This document shows, in pieces, positions 51,744-63,030 of a stretch of 64,000 nucleotides of DNA. The notes beneath the pieces were generated by a model. The model made no database searches, was not told the origin of the DNA, and was given only the letters and a program-made list of their open reading frames with translations. The stretch's first letter is position 1. Each line of letters opens with the position of its first letter. The translations under genes were made by a program, and so were the position numbers. Source of the stretch: an uncultured Phycisphaerales bacterium (GTDB lineage Bacteria > Planctomycetota > Phycisphaerae > Tepidisphaerales > Tepidisphaeraceae); NCBI GenBank assembly GCA_963844715.1, contig CAWJPJ010000006.1, positions 640,001 to 704,000 on the forward strand. The letters run 5' to 3'.

Positions 51744-52942
51744 CTAGAGCGGTTCGCAGACCCGAACACGCCGCGGGTTCATTATGGAGCGATCAGCGCG
51801 TCACCCTATGGAATTCTTTACGCGACGCCGACGGGCGATCCGGACCATCAGGGGCGCTCGACGACATTTGAAATCATGATGGCCAATGACGCGCTATACA
51901 TCTATCAGCAGACCCACGACGCCGATTACCTCAATTACGCGATCGGGACTTACGGCTGGACGAAAAAGTACATGAAGCATCCGGAGCGCGGGTATTACTA
52001 TTGCGAACTGGACATCAGGCCGACGGTTAACGGAGCGAGAAATCCGCATTACCTTGTTCCCATGGGAGACTATTACGGGCCGCCGGTTCGCGGGCTCAGT
52101 TCGAGCTATAGCGGCGGGACGATGGCCATGGCGGTCGCGGCCGCACGTCTCTACAGAATCACCGGCGATCAACAATATCTGGACGAGGCACAAAAGATCA
52201 CCGAGGATTATGTCGGCCGCCGCGCAGTTCTGGCGGCCGGGCGATCTGTTCGTGAATGAGAGGGACGGGTGGACGGATGGTTACTGGGCGCCGTATTTCG
52301 CCGACGAGGTGCTTGCTCTGCCGGGGGTCGATCCGACCGGATTGTGGAAGATGTGTTTGCGGAACACCGCCCTATCGATCATCGCACAAAGAACGCCGGA
52401 TGGTTTCTACGGCGCCGATTGGAGCGGACCGGAGCTGAATACGAACGATCACACGATGACCTGGGAGGAGCAAGCCAGGCGGGGAAGGGGTTCAGGCGAA
52501 GGAATGGCCCTGCCGGGGCAGATCATGACGTCGTCGAACTCCGCCGCGATGATCACGGCGGCGGAAATCGCTGGGAAGGATCATTAATCCCGGCGTTTTT
52601 CAATTCCTACGCTTATCCTTAACATTCAGCCAGGGTGAGGCCGAAATCTCAGCCCCACATCGACAATGACGCGCATAAATTAAGCAAAAGCAGAGATTTG
52701 AAGGCGACTGCCTACCCAGAGCCTCCTCGATAATTCGCCGATTCAGCCGCTGGTCAGTGTAGTTATCGCATTTTTGTGCTGTCGCATGGACTGCAATTGT
52801 TTGCATCATCTGGAGGCGACGTATAATCTTCGTCCGCCGACCACTACGGTTGTGGAGCGAACGACGAATAGGCCATCGCGGCTTGCGGCCGGCATGCCGG
52901 GAGTGGCGCGGAACCAATCTGCACTTCCGAATGGGAGGGATC

Positions 52943-54260
52943 ATGCGCGCGACACTAAACATTTTAAAATGGCTTGCGCTAGTTCCCCTGGCGGGTCTCT
53001 TCGGGTGCGCGGGAACGCGCTCAGCGAAGACTTCGCGGATTATTCCAGAATTTACGGCGATTCGATGAATAAGCAATTGCTGTTAAACCTTGCAAGAGAA
53101 AGCCACAACGAGCCGGTTTATTTCATCCAATTGGCCTCGATAAGCTCGCAATACCAATTCACAACGTCAACGGGCTTCAACGCCTCACATACCCGGACGG
53201 CGCCACCAAACCAAGGCGCCGCCGACGAGGTTCAGAACGCCCTCACGTTGGGAGGCACCATCAACGCAGGCGTTCAGCAGACTCCCGTGTTCAGTTTCCT
53301 TCCTCTCAACGGCGCTACCTACGCCCAAACGCTTGCAACCCCAATTCCGGCAAAGGTCTTCAATGAACTCTACGACCAGGGATTTCCGGCGGACATGCTT
53401 TTACGGGTTATGGTGGATGAGATTCGGATCAAAGGCGGCGCTCCGGCACGCACCCCCAGTATCTTAGAAATAATCCGTACGATGCGACCTATCCCGCTTT
53501 CTTGAGGTTTTGCGACAATATGTTTTATGCACAGCGCGCTCATGCGGTGATTGCGGCCACGCCGGACACCGGTGACGCGAAGACCGCCGATCCCGTCGCG
53601 AAGAGACTCAAAGGACCGACCACGGTTTTCTCGGCGCCCAGGGCGAAGCTGCGCGATATCGTTGCGGCATACGACGCCAAACTCGATGTGAAATACGACA
53701 CCAATGGATATACGATAACAAAGCCTTCGGACGACCTACAATTGGTTCTGAACGACAACCCCTCTGATGAGGAATTGGAAAATCACTGCCCGAAGGCATT
53801 TGCAAATCAGTATTTTGGGGACGCAGCAAAAGCCGAATTCAGATTTCGGTCATTCGAGGCGGTCATGTATTGCGTCGCGAAGGAAGAGGGTTATTTCGAG
53901 GATCTGGCGAAGCCCGAAAATCAGGGCGGAGGCGGTATTACATTCGAAAATAACCGCGAGCTTATTGCGTGCGTGCCTGCAAATGGTTCCGAGCTAAGCC
54001 CAGGTTGCAGAGTCAGACCCATCCTTACGATCAAGTATGGCGACGAGCAACGCGCGGATCTCCGAAAAACGGCCGAAATCTGGTACGAGGGCGAATGCTA
54101 CACGATAGGCGATCCGGCTGGTGAAGGCTCGGGGGAGACGTTTAAAAAGAATCACTTCGCCGACAACCGGACGGCTTTCACACTGATTGCGTATCTGTTC
54201 TCCGAAGTCGCGGTAGACACGAAGAATTTGCCGCCGCAACAACTGATTCAGGTGCAATAA
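52943..54260 (+). CDS. Hypothetical lipoprotein; frameshifts near 53030 and 53480
   Basis: MRATLNILKWLALVPLAGLFGC lipobox; continues QLLLNLARE...EPVYF, PVFSFLPL.G, FRFRSF, WYEGECYTI in consecutive frames. Confidence 0.65.
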
Positions 54261-54503
54261 CCGGAAGCGATCCCATACAGGGTGAGAGCGGTTATTGCCA
54301 TGCGGCGCTTTCCTGCAATTTGGCTCCGCGCACATACCGACCGCAAAACATTATCTCCCATGGAGTCGCAGGAACTCTACGATCTGCATAAATCATGCAC
54401 ATTGCGGAGCTCGCACGTGAACCCCGCCGATTGAGGTCGGATTGAAAGTTCCCAGCGCGTCCATTTTCTCCTGGCAGAAGAGGGCGTGTCTCGCATTGCG
54501 TTC

Positions 54504-56411
54504 TCAAACCGCCAGGTAGAAAACGCATCCCCAGTAGCTGCTCACTCGATAGTTGTTTAGCCAGTAATTCGTGACTGAGGCCGTTGCGGTGCCGTTGATG
54601 AGGTCGGTCCATACGCCGTTGACGGGGAAAGGGATGTTTGTGTACTGATCCACCCACGAGCAATTGAGCACGACGATGAAATGATCGACCTTCCCGGCCG
54701 CGTTGTTTCCCCACCGGTGATAGATGATCACCTGGCCGGGCACGTCAATTCCGTATCCACCCGGGCCGAAATCCGTCTGGCTCTGGTCGTAGTTGTCGGG
54801 ATAAAAATTCGGCGAGCGCAGGCTGGGATATTTGTTGCGCAGGCCGAGCAGCAACTGGTAAACCGCCTCGATCTGCGTTCCGATCGCGTCCGTCGCCTGC
54901 GACCAGTCGAGCGGACGCGGATTGACTCGCTTCTGCGCCGCCGGATAGTTCGTATCATCCTCGGGCATCCAGATCGACCGGCCGAATTCCTGACCGTTGG
55001 CGATCATCACCGCGCCGGGGCAGGTCGCCAGCGCAATCAGGTACGGCTGCGCGCGATACCACAGCGGCCGCCCGCCGGCATTAAACGCGAGCGACGAATG
55101 ATCGTGGTTTTCCAGATAGATCACCGGCCCGATTGGAAAGTTGAATTGATACGCGCTGTTGAGCACGCGCAAATAATTAGTCTGGGGCTGACTTCCATAT
55201 GCCAGATATCCCGCCGGTTGCCCGGTTGGGTCTTCACCGGCGGGGTAAGACCGGAAGTTGTCGAACCAACCGTGAGTGGCCCCGATCGTGTTGGTGTCGT
55301 TGACCACCCGGAAGTCCCACCAGTCCTCGAGAATAAGCGGAAACGTGGGGTTGTTCTTGCCGGCCAAATAAGTTTTGAGATTCTTGATCAACGCGGGCAC
55401 CCCTTCGGCGGGGACGCTTGGATTGTCGTATCCCGAGACCTCATCAAAGCGAAATCCATCCACGCTGAACTCGTCGATCCAATATTTGCACACGTCGGTG
55501 ATGAACTGCTGCGTGCACAGGTTGCCATATTGCAGGGGCAGGCTCCCAAACGTCGATGCGGTCGTGAAATTGCCGATAAACGGACACTGGGACGGATCCT
55601 GCCACAGAAAATAATAGGGGAAACCGCGCGTCGCCACGCCGGCGGATGCGTGCTGGAGCACGATGTCCAGGATCACCATCAATCCTGCCTCATGACAGGC
55701 GGAGATCATGTTCGCCAGGCGCGATAGCTTCTCGAGGGGCGCGCTGACATTGCGGTCGGTGACGTAAAAATACTCCGCCGAGAAGAAGTATGCGGGATCG
55801 TATCCCCAACTGTAGGTATCGGAGTCCGGCCAGGCGACCCACGGCATGAACTCGATTGCATTCACGCCGAGCCCCTTGATGTAGTTGAGTTTGCTCGCAA
55901 TGGCATCGACAGGCGCTTGGGTGTCGGTGCGATACCCCGACGTGAAGTCGTCGATCATCAGTTCGTAAATCACCAAATCCGCGCCGCCAACGCGCTTGGC
56001 GGGGCTCAGCGGCGTCACGTTGACGTCCGAGCCGCCGATGATGAACGCGGAATTGTCGGAGTTATTTCCGCTGTACTTGGTGCACGGGTCGCCGACCCAC
56101 TGCACAGCCCCGTTCTCGAATGTCACGATATATTTGTACTGGTAGTACCCGTCCGGAGTGCCGGGCGGCAGCGGAGCCTTGAACAAAAACCCGTTTGCCG
56201 TGTTTGACCTCGACATCATCAGCGGCGTGGTGGCATCCCAATCGGCGGAGAGCCCGGCGGCCTTCTGAAAATCCCCTACCACCCCCACCGTCGCGATCTG
56301 GCATGGACCGCCGATCGAATACTGGGTCGGGTCGATCGTGTTATCGGGAACGAAGAGCTGAAAACCGTACTCGCCGCCCGGCCACTTGCCGAATCCGAAA
56401 GTTTCGTACAT
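54504..56411 (-). CDS. GH13 alpha-amylase-family enzyme (branching enzyme/pullulanase-like) with N-terminal CBM48-like domain
   Basis: IYEL, LGVNAIEFMP, WGYDP, LDIVLQH, DGFRFDEV, ILEDW, YLENHD, GQEFG. Confidence 0.88.
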   Translation of the reverse strand: MYETFGFGKWPGGEYGFQLFVPDNTIDPTQYSIGGPCQIATVGVVGDFQKAAGLSADWDATTPLMMSRSNTANGFLFKAPLPPGTPDGYYQYKYIVTFENGAVQWVGDPCTKYSGNNSDNSAFIIGGSDVNVTPLSPAKRVGGADLVIYELMIDDFTSGYRTDTQAPVDAIASKLNYIKGLGVNAIEFMPWVAWPDSDTYSWGYDPAYFFSAEYFYVTDRNVSAPLEKLSRLANMISACHEAGLMVILDIVLQHASAGVATRGFPYYFLWQDPSQCPFIGNFTTASTFGSLPLQYGNLCTQQFITDVCKYWIDEFSVDGFRFDEVSGYDNPSVPAEGVPALIKNLKTYLAGKNNPTFPLILEDWWDFRVVNDTNTIGATHGWFDNFRSYPAGEDPTGQPAGYLAYGSQPQTNYLRVLNSAYQFNFPIGPVIYLENHDHSSLAFNAGGRPLWYRAQPYLIALATCPGAVMIANGQEFGRSIWMPEDDTNYPAAQKRVNPRPLDWSQATDAIGTQIEAVYQLLLGLRNKYPSLRSPNFYPDNYDQSQTDFGPGGYGIDVPGQVIIYHRWGNNAAGKVDHFIVVLNCSWVDQYTNIPFPVNGVWTDLINGTATASVTNYWLNNYRVSSYWGCVFYLAV

Positions 56412-56542
56412 GGCGATGATCTCGACTTGGAATGCGCGGCGCCCGGTTCGCGGGCTATTCTGACATCTTTCCCGCCGAACGCAACCTTTTGACTACATTA
56501 CCGGAGTCTTAATACACGCAGGACAGGAGTGTGGCGCATAAA

Positions 56543-56586
56543 TGCGCCACGGAGGACTTGAACCCACAACCGTCCGATTGAGAGTC
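56543..56586 (-). other. Degenerate tRNA 3'-half (anticodon loop to acceptor stem), probable att-site remnant
   Basis: Minus strand GACTCTCAATCGGACGGTTGTGGGTTCAAGTCCTCCGTGGCGCA: TTCAAGT T-loop; no 5' half or D-arm adjacent. Confidence 0.65.
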
Positions 56587-56672
56587 GCGACCGGCACCGG
56601 CCGAAAAGCGCTCCAATCCCTCCGGAACGCGGCGGATGCGCCGGCCGGCGGCTGATCGGGTTCACCTTTTAC

Positions 56673-57315
56673 TCAGTCGTCGTTCTCCGCCCCACCCCAG
56701 ATGCCTCGAATTCGCTCGAGCTTTCGCTCGACCGTCCTGACCGCGCAATCCATCATGCCGGCTCCCGCGATTTCTTCGTTGGTGTAGCCGTCCAATTTCC
56801 ACAGGGCGATCCGCCGCAATGGATCGTCCAGCAATCCCAGCAACCGACCGACTTCGATCATTGAAATAACATTCTCGTCCGGACCTGGAGAGGCGGCGAT
56901 TATCTCCTGAAGCGGAGAGACTTTATTGGCATCGCCCGGTGCGCGCAGCGGGCTTCCACTCCATGCCGACGTTTCGACCGGCGGAGCGATGTCGATTGAT
57001 TTTGTTGCTGACCCGCCGATTGGTGATCGTGACCAGCAATTTCCACAGATCAACCCGATTGTTCAGGTCCTTGTATTTCTCCGGCGTATCGCCGCTGGCG
57101 AGGACGCGATAGACGCTCTGGAGGACATCTTCCTCGTCTTCCCGGTGGCGAATGCCGGCCCGCTCGAGGCGGCGGCGCGCGATGGCCAGCAGATCAAGCG
57201 CATCGCGCACCCAGAGTTTCGCCGCCGCATCCTGAAATTGCGCGCGGTCGGTGGTCTTGAGTTTCTCGATCAGGAGGGTGACGGAATGGGAAACTGTTTG
57301 GTGCTCGGGATCCAT
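56673..57315 (-). CDS. ECF-type sigma factor (planctomycete type); frameshift near 56950
   Basis: SVTLLIE.LK, AAAKLW, DEEDVLQS, LWKLLVTIT, LRRIALWKLDGYTNEEIA...RTVERKL. Confidence 0.85.
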
Positions 57316-57774
57316 GGGATTGCCCTGGCACGGCATGCGCGGTCGAGCGCACGAACGGCACAACCATCGACTCGGCAAGCGCTTGCCTGCGTAGGCTTGA
57401 TATTCAGCAAATCGTTTACCAAAGAATACTGAGCCTCGGGAGGACCTTCCCCTTGGACACAATCTGTCCGGACTCGGTCTGCATCCATCGCACGATGTCA
57501 TTAACTTCCCCTGCCTCTTCGAGATCTGCCACGATCCGGTCGATGGGCCAACGGCATGAAACTCGCCACTGATATCGATGATGTGAATCACCGGGTCAAG
57601 ATAATCGTCGTGGAGACCTATGAGCCGGCGGAGGCGATTGCGGATGCGGCTGTTCTTGGTTTGACAGCACGCAGTTGTCAAAACCAATGGATTGTGAAAT
57701 CTGGCAAGATTATCATGAAGTCGATGCTGTCGGCGCTCAATTCATTGGGCCGTGGCGTCTGACTCGGAGGCCCC

Positions 57775-58260
57775 GTGGCATATCAACTCATCTTACTCGG
57801 CCCCCTTGCCATAGTTCGCGCCGCCGATCTGGAAGCCGCATTTAACGCCCGGGTCGTGGATATCGGGCTCACTCCAGGTGTAGATACGCACGTCCTTATA
57901 ACCCCAAATGATTCCGACATAGATTGGAAGGGGGCACCGGTCGCCATGTGGCTTGGACAGCCCGGCAAGGCCAGCTCAAATTCCGAGCTTGAACTCCTCG
58001 ATAAGCTACTGGCTATGCCCGCACCCGTGTTTCCGGTTGTCGAGGACCGTGGGCAGTATCACGCGGCGGTTCCCAATTCCCTCTATCCGATAAATGGCGC
58101 CCAATGGCTTACCAAGTCAGATCTAGCCCCTCTGGTGGCTGACGTTTTTCGTGCCATGCGCCTAACTCGCGTGCAGCACCGCGCCTTTATCTCGTATCGC
58201 CGAGACAAAACGCTTGGCGTCGCCCGACAGCTGTTCACCGAGCTGGGATTACGTGGATAT
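57775..58260 (+). pseudogene. TIR-domain protein, truncated just after the TIR start
   Basis: RAFISYRRD...ARQLF.EL..RGY is the TIR beta-A/alpha-A signature; sequence then switches abruptly. Confidence 0.7.
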
Positions 58261-58636
58261 CATCCTCCTCAGCGAATTCCCTCCCGCGCTCGATGACCTC
58301 TGCGCAGTTTTCCAAATCCCGCACCAGTTTATCCATTGCGCGGACGGAAGCTCGAACGATTTCGGGAGTTGCCAAGGCATATAAGTTTTGCAATTCGCGA
58401 AAGAATCGCACTAGGTAAGAGGGAATGGACCAGTCACCCGTGCCGCAGGTCAGGATTCCAATATCCTTCATCCGGCCGATCAATCGAGCGGGATTGGCGT
58501 CACCATCGGTGAATCTCCGCACAAATGCGGCAATTTCATCGTCATTGCCGAACCGCTGCCGTTCGGCGCACATCCCGGCGATTATCCGATAGTGGTCGGA
58601 AAGAAAGCGGACGAATTCGACTGGATTGCGCGGCAT
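58256..58636 (-). pseudogene. MksB-like (MksBEF/Wadjet-related condensin subunit) N-terminal fragment
   Basis: NPVEFVRFLSDHY..I..MC, RMKDIGIL, LVRFFRELQNLYALA resemble the MksB N-terminus as I recall it; truncated at the TIR junction. Confidence 0.5.
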
Positions 58637-58714
58637 TGCGCATATGGACGCTCCCTTCTTAGTGAAGCGTATCCAATACTGCGAAGATTGCCATCTTCGC
58701 GCCAAACGAAGCCT

Positions 58715-59949
58715 TTAATGGTGCTGATCGGTGGATTGAGACATATCGCCTATTGCAACAGGCGCATATTCGCGCTGAAGTTCCGCTTTCAATTGCGTCT
58801 CGGAGGGAACATGAAGTTGGTAGCGGCTGGCGAATACGTTTTTCCGATATCCTTTGCCCAACGTGTAGCGCACCACGGCCTCGTTTTTGTCAGTGCAGAG
58901 GATCAATCCAAGCGTCGGTTGGTCGCCCTTCGTTCGGCGTTCCTCGTCATAATAATTCACATACAGTTGAAGCTGACCCAAATCCTGATGCGTGAGTTTG
59001 CCTACTTTCAGATCAAGCAACACGAAGCATTTCAAGATGGTGTGATAGAAAACGAGGTCAATGTAGAAATGATCGCCATCAATTGTGATCCGTTCCTGCC
59101 GGGCAACGAATGCAAAGCCTTTGCCCAATTCCAGCAGGAACGCTCGCAGGTTGTCGATGAGCGCTTGTTCCAGATCCGTTTCGACGAGTTTCGGAGACGC
59201 TGGCATCCCCAGGAATTCCATCACGGCCGGGTCTTTGAATATGTCCGCAGGCTTCTCCACTTCATGCCCCTTTGCGGCCAGCGCGAGAGGCCCTTTTTGC
59301 CCTTGCTCAGCGCCAACCGTTCGTAAAGGAGACTGTTAATCTGCCGCTCCAATTCGCGCACCGACCAGCCGTTCTTAATCGCCTCAATCTCGTAAAATGA
59401 TCGTGCCTCCGCTTTGTCGACGCGAAGCAGTGTGCGGTAATGCGTCCACGACAGATGGAGATGCAAAATGCCGGGTTTCCAGAGTCCACCCTGTAAAGGA
59501 TAGTGAATCAGCACCGAAGCCGGGGCCGGTGTTTTGGCACGCGCCGCGCCGGCCGGCGTTTTTTTTCGCGGTGAATCCAATTGCCCACGCGGTGCGTGGG
59601 CAATTTCAAGCAACTTCACCGCCCCCGATTCCCCACGCGCCGCGTGGGCAATGCTGAGCGATACCAACCTTGGATATGTGAGATAGAAAGCCCGGAAATG
59701 CTCCAGGTTGTTCTTAGTAAAGCCCCGTTCAAAATCTTTGGTTAGACGTTCGGCGAGATCGGCAATCAACCGTGTTCCATAATCCGCTCGTCTCTGCCCG
59801 CCCTGTTCCTCCTCCACGATCTCCCGACCGATCAACCAATTGGCCACCACCTGCGTCGAGTTCACCGACCGCGCAATGTTTGACCGGGCCGATTCGAGAA
59901 TGCCTCTGATACGGTCGTAAATGGCAGTCGGTTTAGGTGCCTTCATCAT
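58715..59949 (-). CDS. YhcG/DUF1016 PD-(D/E)XK nuclease-domain protein; frameshift near 59280
   Basis: NWLIGREIVEEEQ.G..RA.YG, LSWTHY, WSVRELERQI, KDP..MEFL, ELGKGFAFVARQ, IDLVFYH, DLK, GQLQLY. Confidence 0.9.
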
Positions 59950-60176
59950 CTGCCTTTCCCGACCTGTGCGCCTAACAGGCTCGGATCACAATCCCTGCTT
60001 CGGTTGTCTTGCCCAGTCCAACTTCATCAGCCGGGATGCTCAAGACGGGGGAGCCAAGTGCCCGACCGGATGCCTTCGGATGATATCAGATCGCATCGTT
60101 TTGAAGCCAGCAAATGGCGCGGAATAAGGCGGCGAGCACACATCACGACGAGAAATCTGAAAACAGTTGTCATATC

Positions 60177-61146
60177 TCACGTGTCGTTCTTTATTTCGTG
60201 GAGCACATAATCGTTCTTGCCGAATCCTTTGACCTCAACGATGCTGCGGACGGTTCGGCCTGGTCGCGCGTTGGTGCATTCAATGAAGATAAGCAGATTC
60301 ACGGCTGACGCGATGGACCGTTTGGGAACGATCTGCGACGCCTCGCCCACCAAGTCTTCGATGCGCCGCAGCGCATCGGCGGCCGAGTTTGCGTGGATCG
60401 TTGCGACACCGCCGGGGTGGCCAGTGTTCCATGCCTTTAACATCGCCAGCGCTTCTGGTCCGCGCACCTCACCGATGATGATCCTGTCCGGTCGAAGGCG
60501 AAATGTCATGCGAAGCAAATCGGTCATCGTCACTCTCGGCTCGGTATTCTTCGTAAGCAACTCAACCTTGTCGTCCGCCGGACATTGAAGCTCCTTGGTG
60601 TCCTCAATCAGGACGATGCGGTCGCTCTTGAATGGCGGCTCCGACAGGATCGCGTTGACCAGCGTGGTTTTTCCCGATCCGGTTCCGCCCGCAACCAGAA
60701 TGTTCTTTCGTTCAACCACGGCACGCCGGACCACATCGGCGCCATCCGCCGGAAGAATTCCCTTGGCCACATAATCGTCGAGGGTAAACACAATCGACGC
60801 GCCGCTTGCGGATGGTGAATACAGGTCGCTCGGCCAAGGGTGGCAACAATCCCTGGAATCGCTCGCCGCTACGCGGCAGTACGCCAGCCACGGCTGGCCG
60901 CTCGGGCGTAACGGTTTCTCCCATGTGGCTGGCCAGCAAACGAATGGTCGTTTCCGCCGCCGGCGGTTCAATTCGGCCAATCTTCTCCCGTCCGACGCCA
61001 GCCCGATCCACCCACAACGTTCCATCGGGGTTCGCCATAATTTCCACCACATCAGATTCGGCGAGGGCATCAGCGACCAGTGGCCCAAGCGCGTGGTACA
61101 GGCTTTCTTGATGACGGTGATGAACGGTGCTTGTGTTGGACGCCAT
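60177..61146 (-). CDS. trbB: P-type conjugative transfer ATPase TrbB; frameshift near 60800
   Basis: VEIMANPDGTLWVD, GERFQGLLPP, GGTGSGKTT, IEDT.EL, RPDRIIIGEVRG, WNTGHPGG. Confidence 0.9.
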
Positions 61147-61404
61147 GATTGACTGCCGCCTTCCGTTCGTTCGATTACTTCTCGTTCGTTCGCCCGAATA
61201 GTCCCCAGCTCTCGCGCTCGTGTGAGAGTTGCCGGGATGCCGAATGCGGTGCTGCGTGCGCGGGCGATGGCCGCCGATCACTGAGCACCGACAGTTTCAA
61301 CCGCGATCGAATTCGCCGTCTGCTCCGATTGGGCAGATTTCGCAGCGGCGTTGCTCTGTGATGATGGTTTCCCTGCCTCGGACTCCGAATCAAGGGAGGG
61401 AATG

Positions 61405-61806
61405 TCACTCAAGAATCGACTCACCCGTGCGAAGATTTCTGGCTAGCAGGTCCAGAAAACGATGGAACCGTTGCTTGCCGCTCAGCAGCGCCGCCGTCTT
61501 CAGAGTGTCAGGAATTGCCGTTGTATGATTGAAGAATGATCGCATCCCCAGGCCGACCATTTCCTTCAGCACCTGAATGTCGAGCCGAAGCTGCTGCTCC
61601 AATCGCCGCACCGCATGGAAGTTTCGGTCGGCGGCCTTGAGGATTTCCTGTTCGCGCTCACTGCGATAGCTGGACAGCAGCGATTCCTTCGCCGCCTCGG
61701 CAAGCGCCGCCGAGAGAGAGACTTTCATCTCGCTCGCCCGCTGTTTGGCGGCTTGCAATACCCGTGGGTCCAGCCGGACCGTGACTTGAACGCGATTGCC
61801 TTTCAC
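61405..61806 (-). CDS. CopG/ribbon-helix-helix-like protein of the traG-trbB cluster
   Basis: N-terminal VTVRLD..V...AK RHH pattern; HT..IP...AA...GK.RF; lies between traG and trbB. Confidence 0.65.
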   Translation of the reverse strand: MKGNRVQVTVRLDPRVLQAAKQRASEMKVSLSAALAEAAKESLLSSYRSEREQEILKAADRNFHAVRRLEQQLRLDIQVLKEMVGLGMRSFFNHTTAIPDTLKTAALLSGKQRFHRFLDLLARNLRTGESILE

Positions 61807-62327
61807 AGGTCCCCCTTCGCATCATCCCGATCCCCGCCGTCGATCTCCTGCTCCAATTCCGCCTCGTCCGGCTCGACCGAACCACGAACTAACGCCGGAT
61901 CGAAAAGTGGAATTGTCGGCGGAGCGGGCAATGGCGATCCCTTCGCCCGCTCGCGCAGCCAGTCAATCGGAGGTTTGCCCGGACCATTCAGGTGCAGCGA
62001 TTGATCTGGCGCCGGCAACACCCGCGCCATGAACGTCCGATCTGCGAAATAGCGAAGCTTGCGGGTTCGCATTGGTTTGCACCCAGTTACAAAAACGAGT
62101 TGGTCGTCCACCGGCAATTCCCGGATATCACCGGGCGACAACAGCGGCCGGACATGCTCGCTGTGACTGATGGTTCGGGCGGCCCAATGCCGTCCCGGCT
62201 GCGAATAGCTTTCCCGGTACTCGGTGACGGTTCCGGTCATCTGGCTTATGCGCTGACACGTGACCGTGTCGGCCGCGGCGAAGGTCGTCAGAATGTGGCA
62301 GTTGTCCAGGATGGTGTTGTTGGTCAC
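61803..62327 (-). pseudogene. traG: TraG/VirD4 coupling protein, C-terminal fragment only
   Basis: NNTILDNCH...FAAAD..T..RIS...GT.TE, RPLLSPGDI..LP.D..LV, KLRYF.D. Confidence 0.8.
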
Positions 62328-62330
62328 CTC

Positions 62331-63030
62331 AGCCCCGTATCCACAATCATCAAGGGCGTAAAGCGTGCGATGGCGGGTGAATATAGCCGCGAACTTTCAA
62401 ATAAGGTCTTCAAAGGGCAATGCAGACTGATTCAACTTGGTTACCGACAGGGTGGGCCTGCCGGATATGGGCTTCGGCGAATGCTTCTCGACCAGGCAGG
62501 CCAACCCAAGGGCCTTCTGAAGCGCGGCGAACACAAGAGCCTTCAAACGGATCGTGTGATTCTAGTGCCAGGAGCACAGGAAGAGATTGATGTTGTTCAC
62601 TCGATCTACCAGCGGTTTGTCAAAGAGGCCAAATCGGAAGCGACGATAGCGGGCGAGTTAAACGCCCGCGGCGTGTCGTCAGGATGCGATCGGCAATGGT
62701 CTCGTGGCATGGTCCATCAAATTTTGGTCAACGAAAAGTACATTGGAAATAACGTTTACAATCGCATTTCTTTCAAGTTGAAAAAGAAAGCGCGTTTGCA
62801 ACCCCCCAGAGATGTGGGTCCGAGCCGATGGCGCATTCGATGCCATTGTCGATTCCGAAATGTTTTTCACGGCGGGGGATCATCCAAGAACGCAATCGCA
62901 CTTTCACCGATGAGGAAATGCTAAACCATTTGAAAACTCTCTTGGCTGTCCATCCCGATTTGAGCGCGGCCCTGATCGACGAGACTGAAGGAATGCCGTC
63001 AAGTTCCGTCTATCGAACTCGGTTCGGTAC
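62331..63030 (+). pseudogene. Large serine recombinase, internal fragment (catalytic N-terminus missing); frameshift near 62790
   Basis: SPVSTIIKGVKRAMAGEYSRELS.KV, GYRQGGPAGYGLRR, DRVILVPG, NEKYIG. Confidence 0.8.

Larger units (their letters stand above)
49856..52587 (+). pseudogene. GH76-like six-hairpin glycosidase interrupted by an IS
   Basis: Signal peptide at 49856; VSDDAAW motif; SYSGGTMAMAVAAARLYRITGDQQYL; removing the IS restores ...RNTL|ERFADP in frame. Confidence 0.75.

Noticed and set aside
56543..56620. Functional tRNA gene
   Set aside because: No 5' acceptor strand or D-arm, mismatched T-stem and no CCA; kept only as an att-like remnant
57556..57762. 68-aa ORF as a second TIR fragment
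   Set aside because: Only a faint resemblance (DAAVLGLT...QW); insufficient without a profile search
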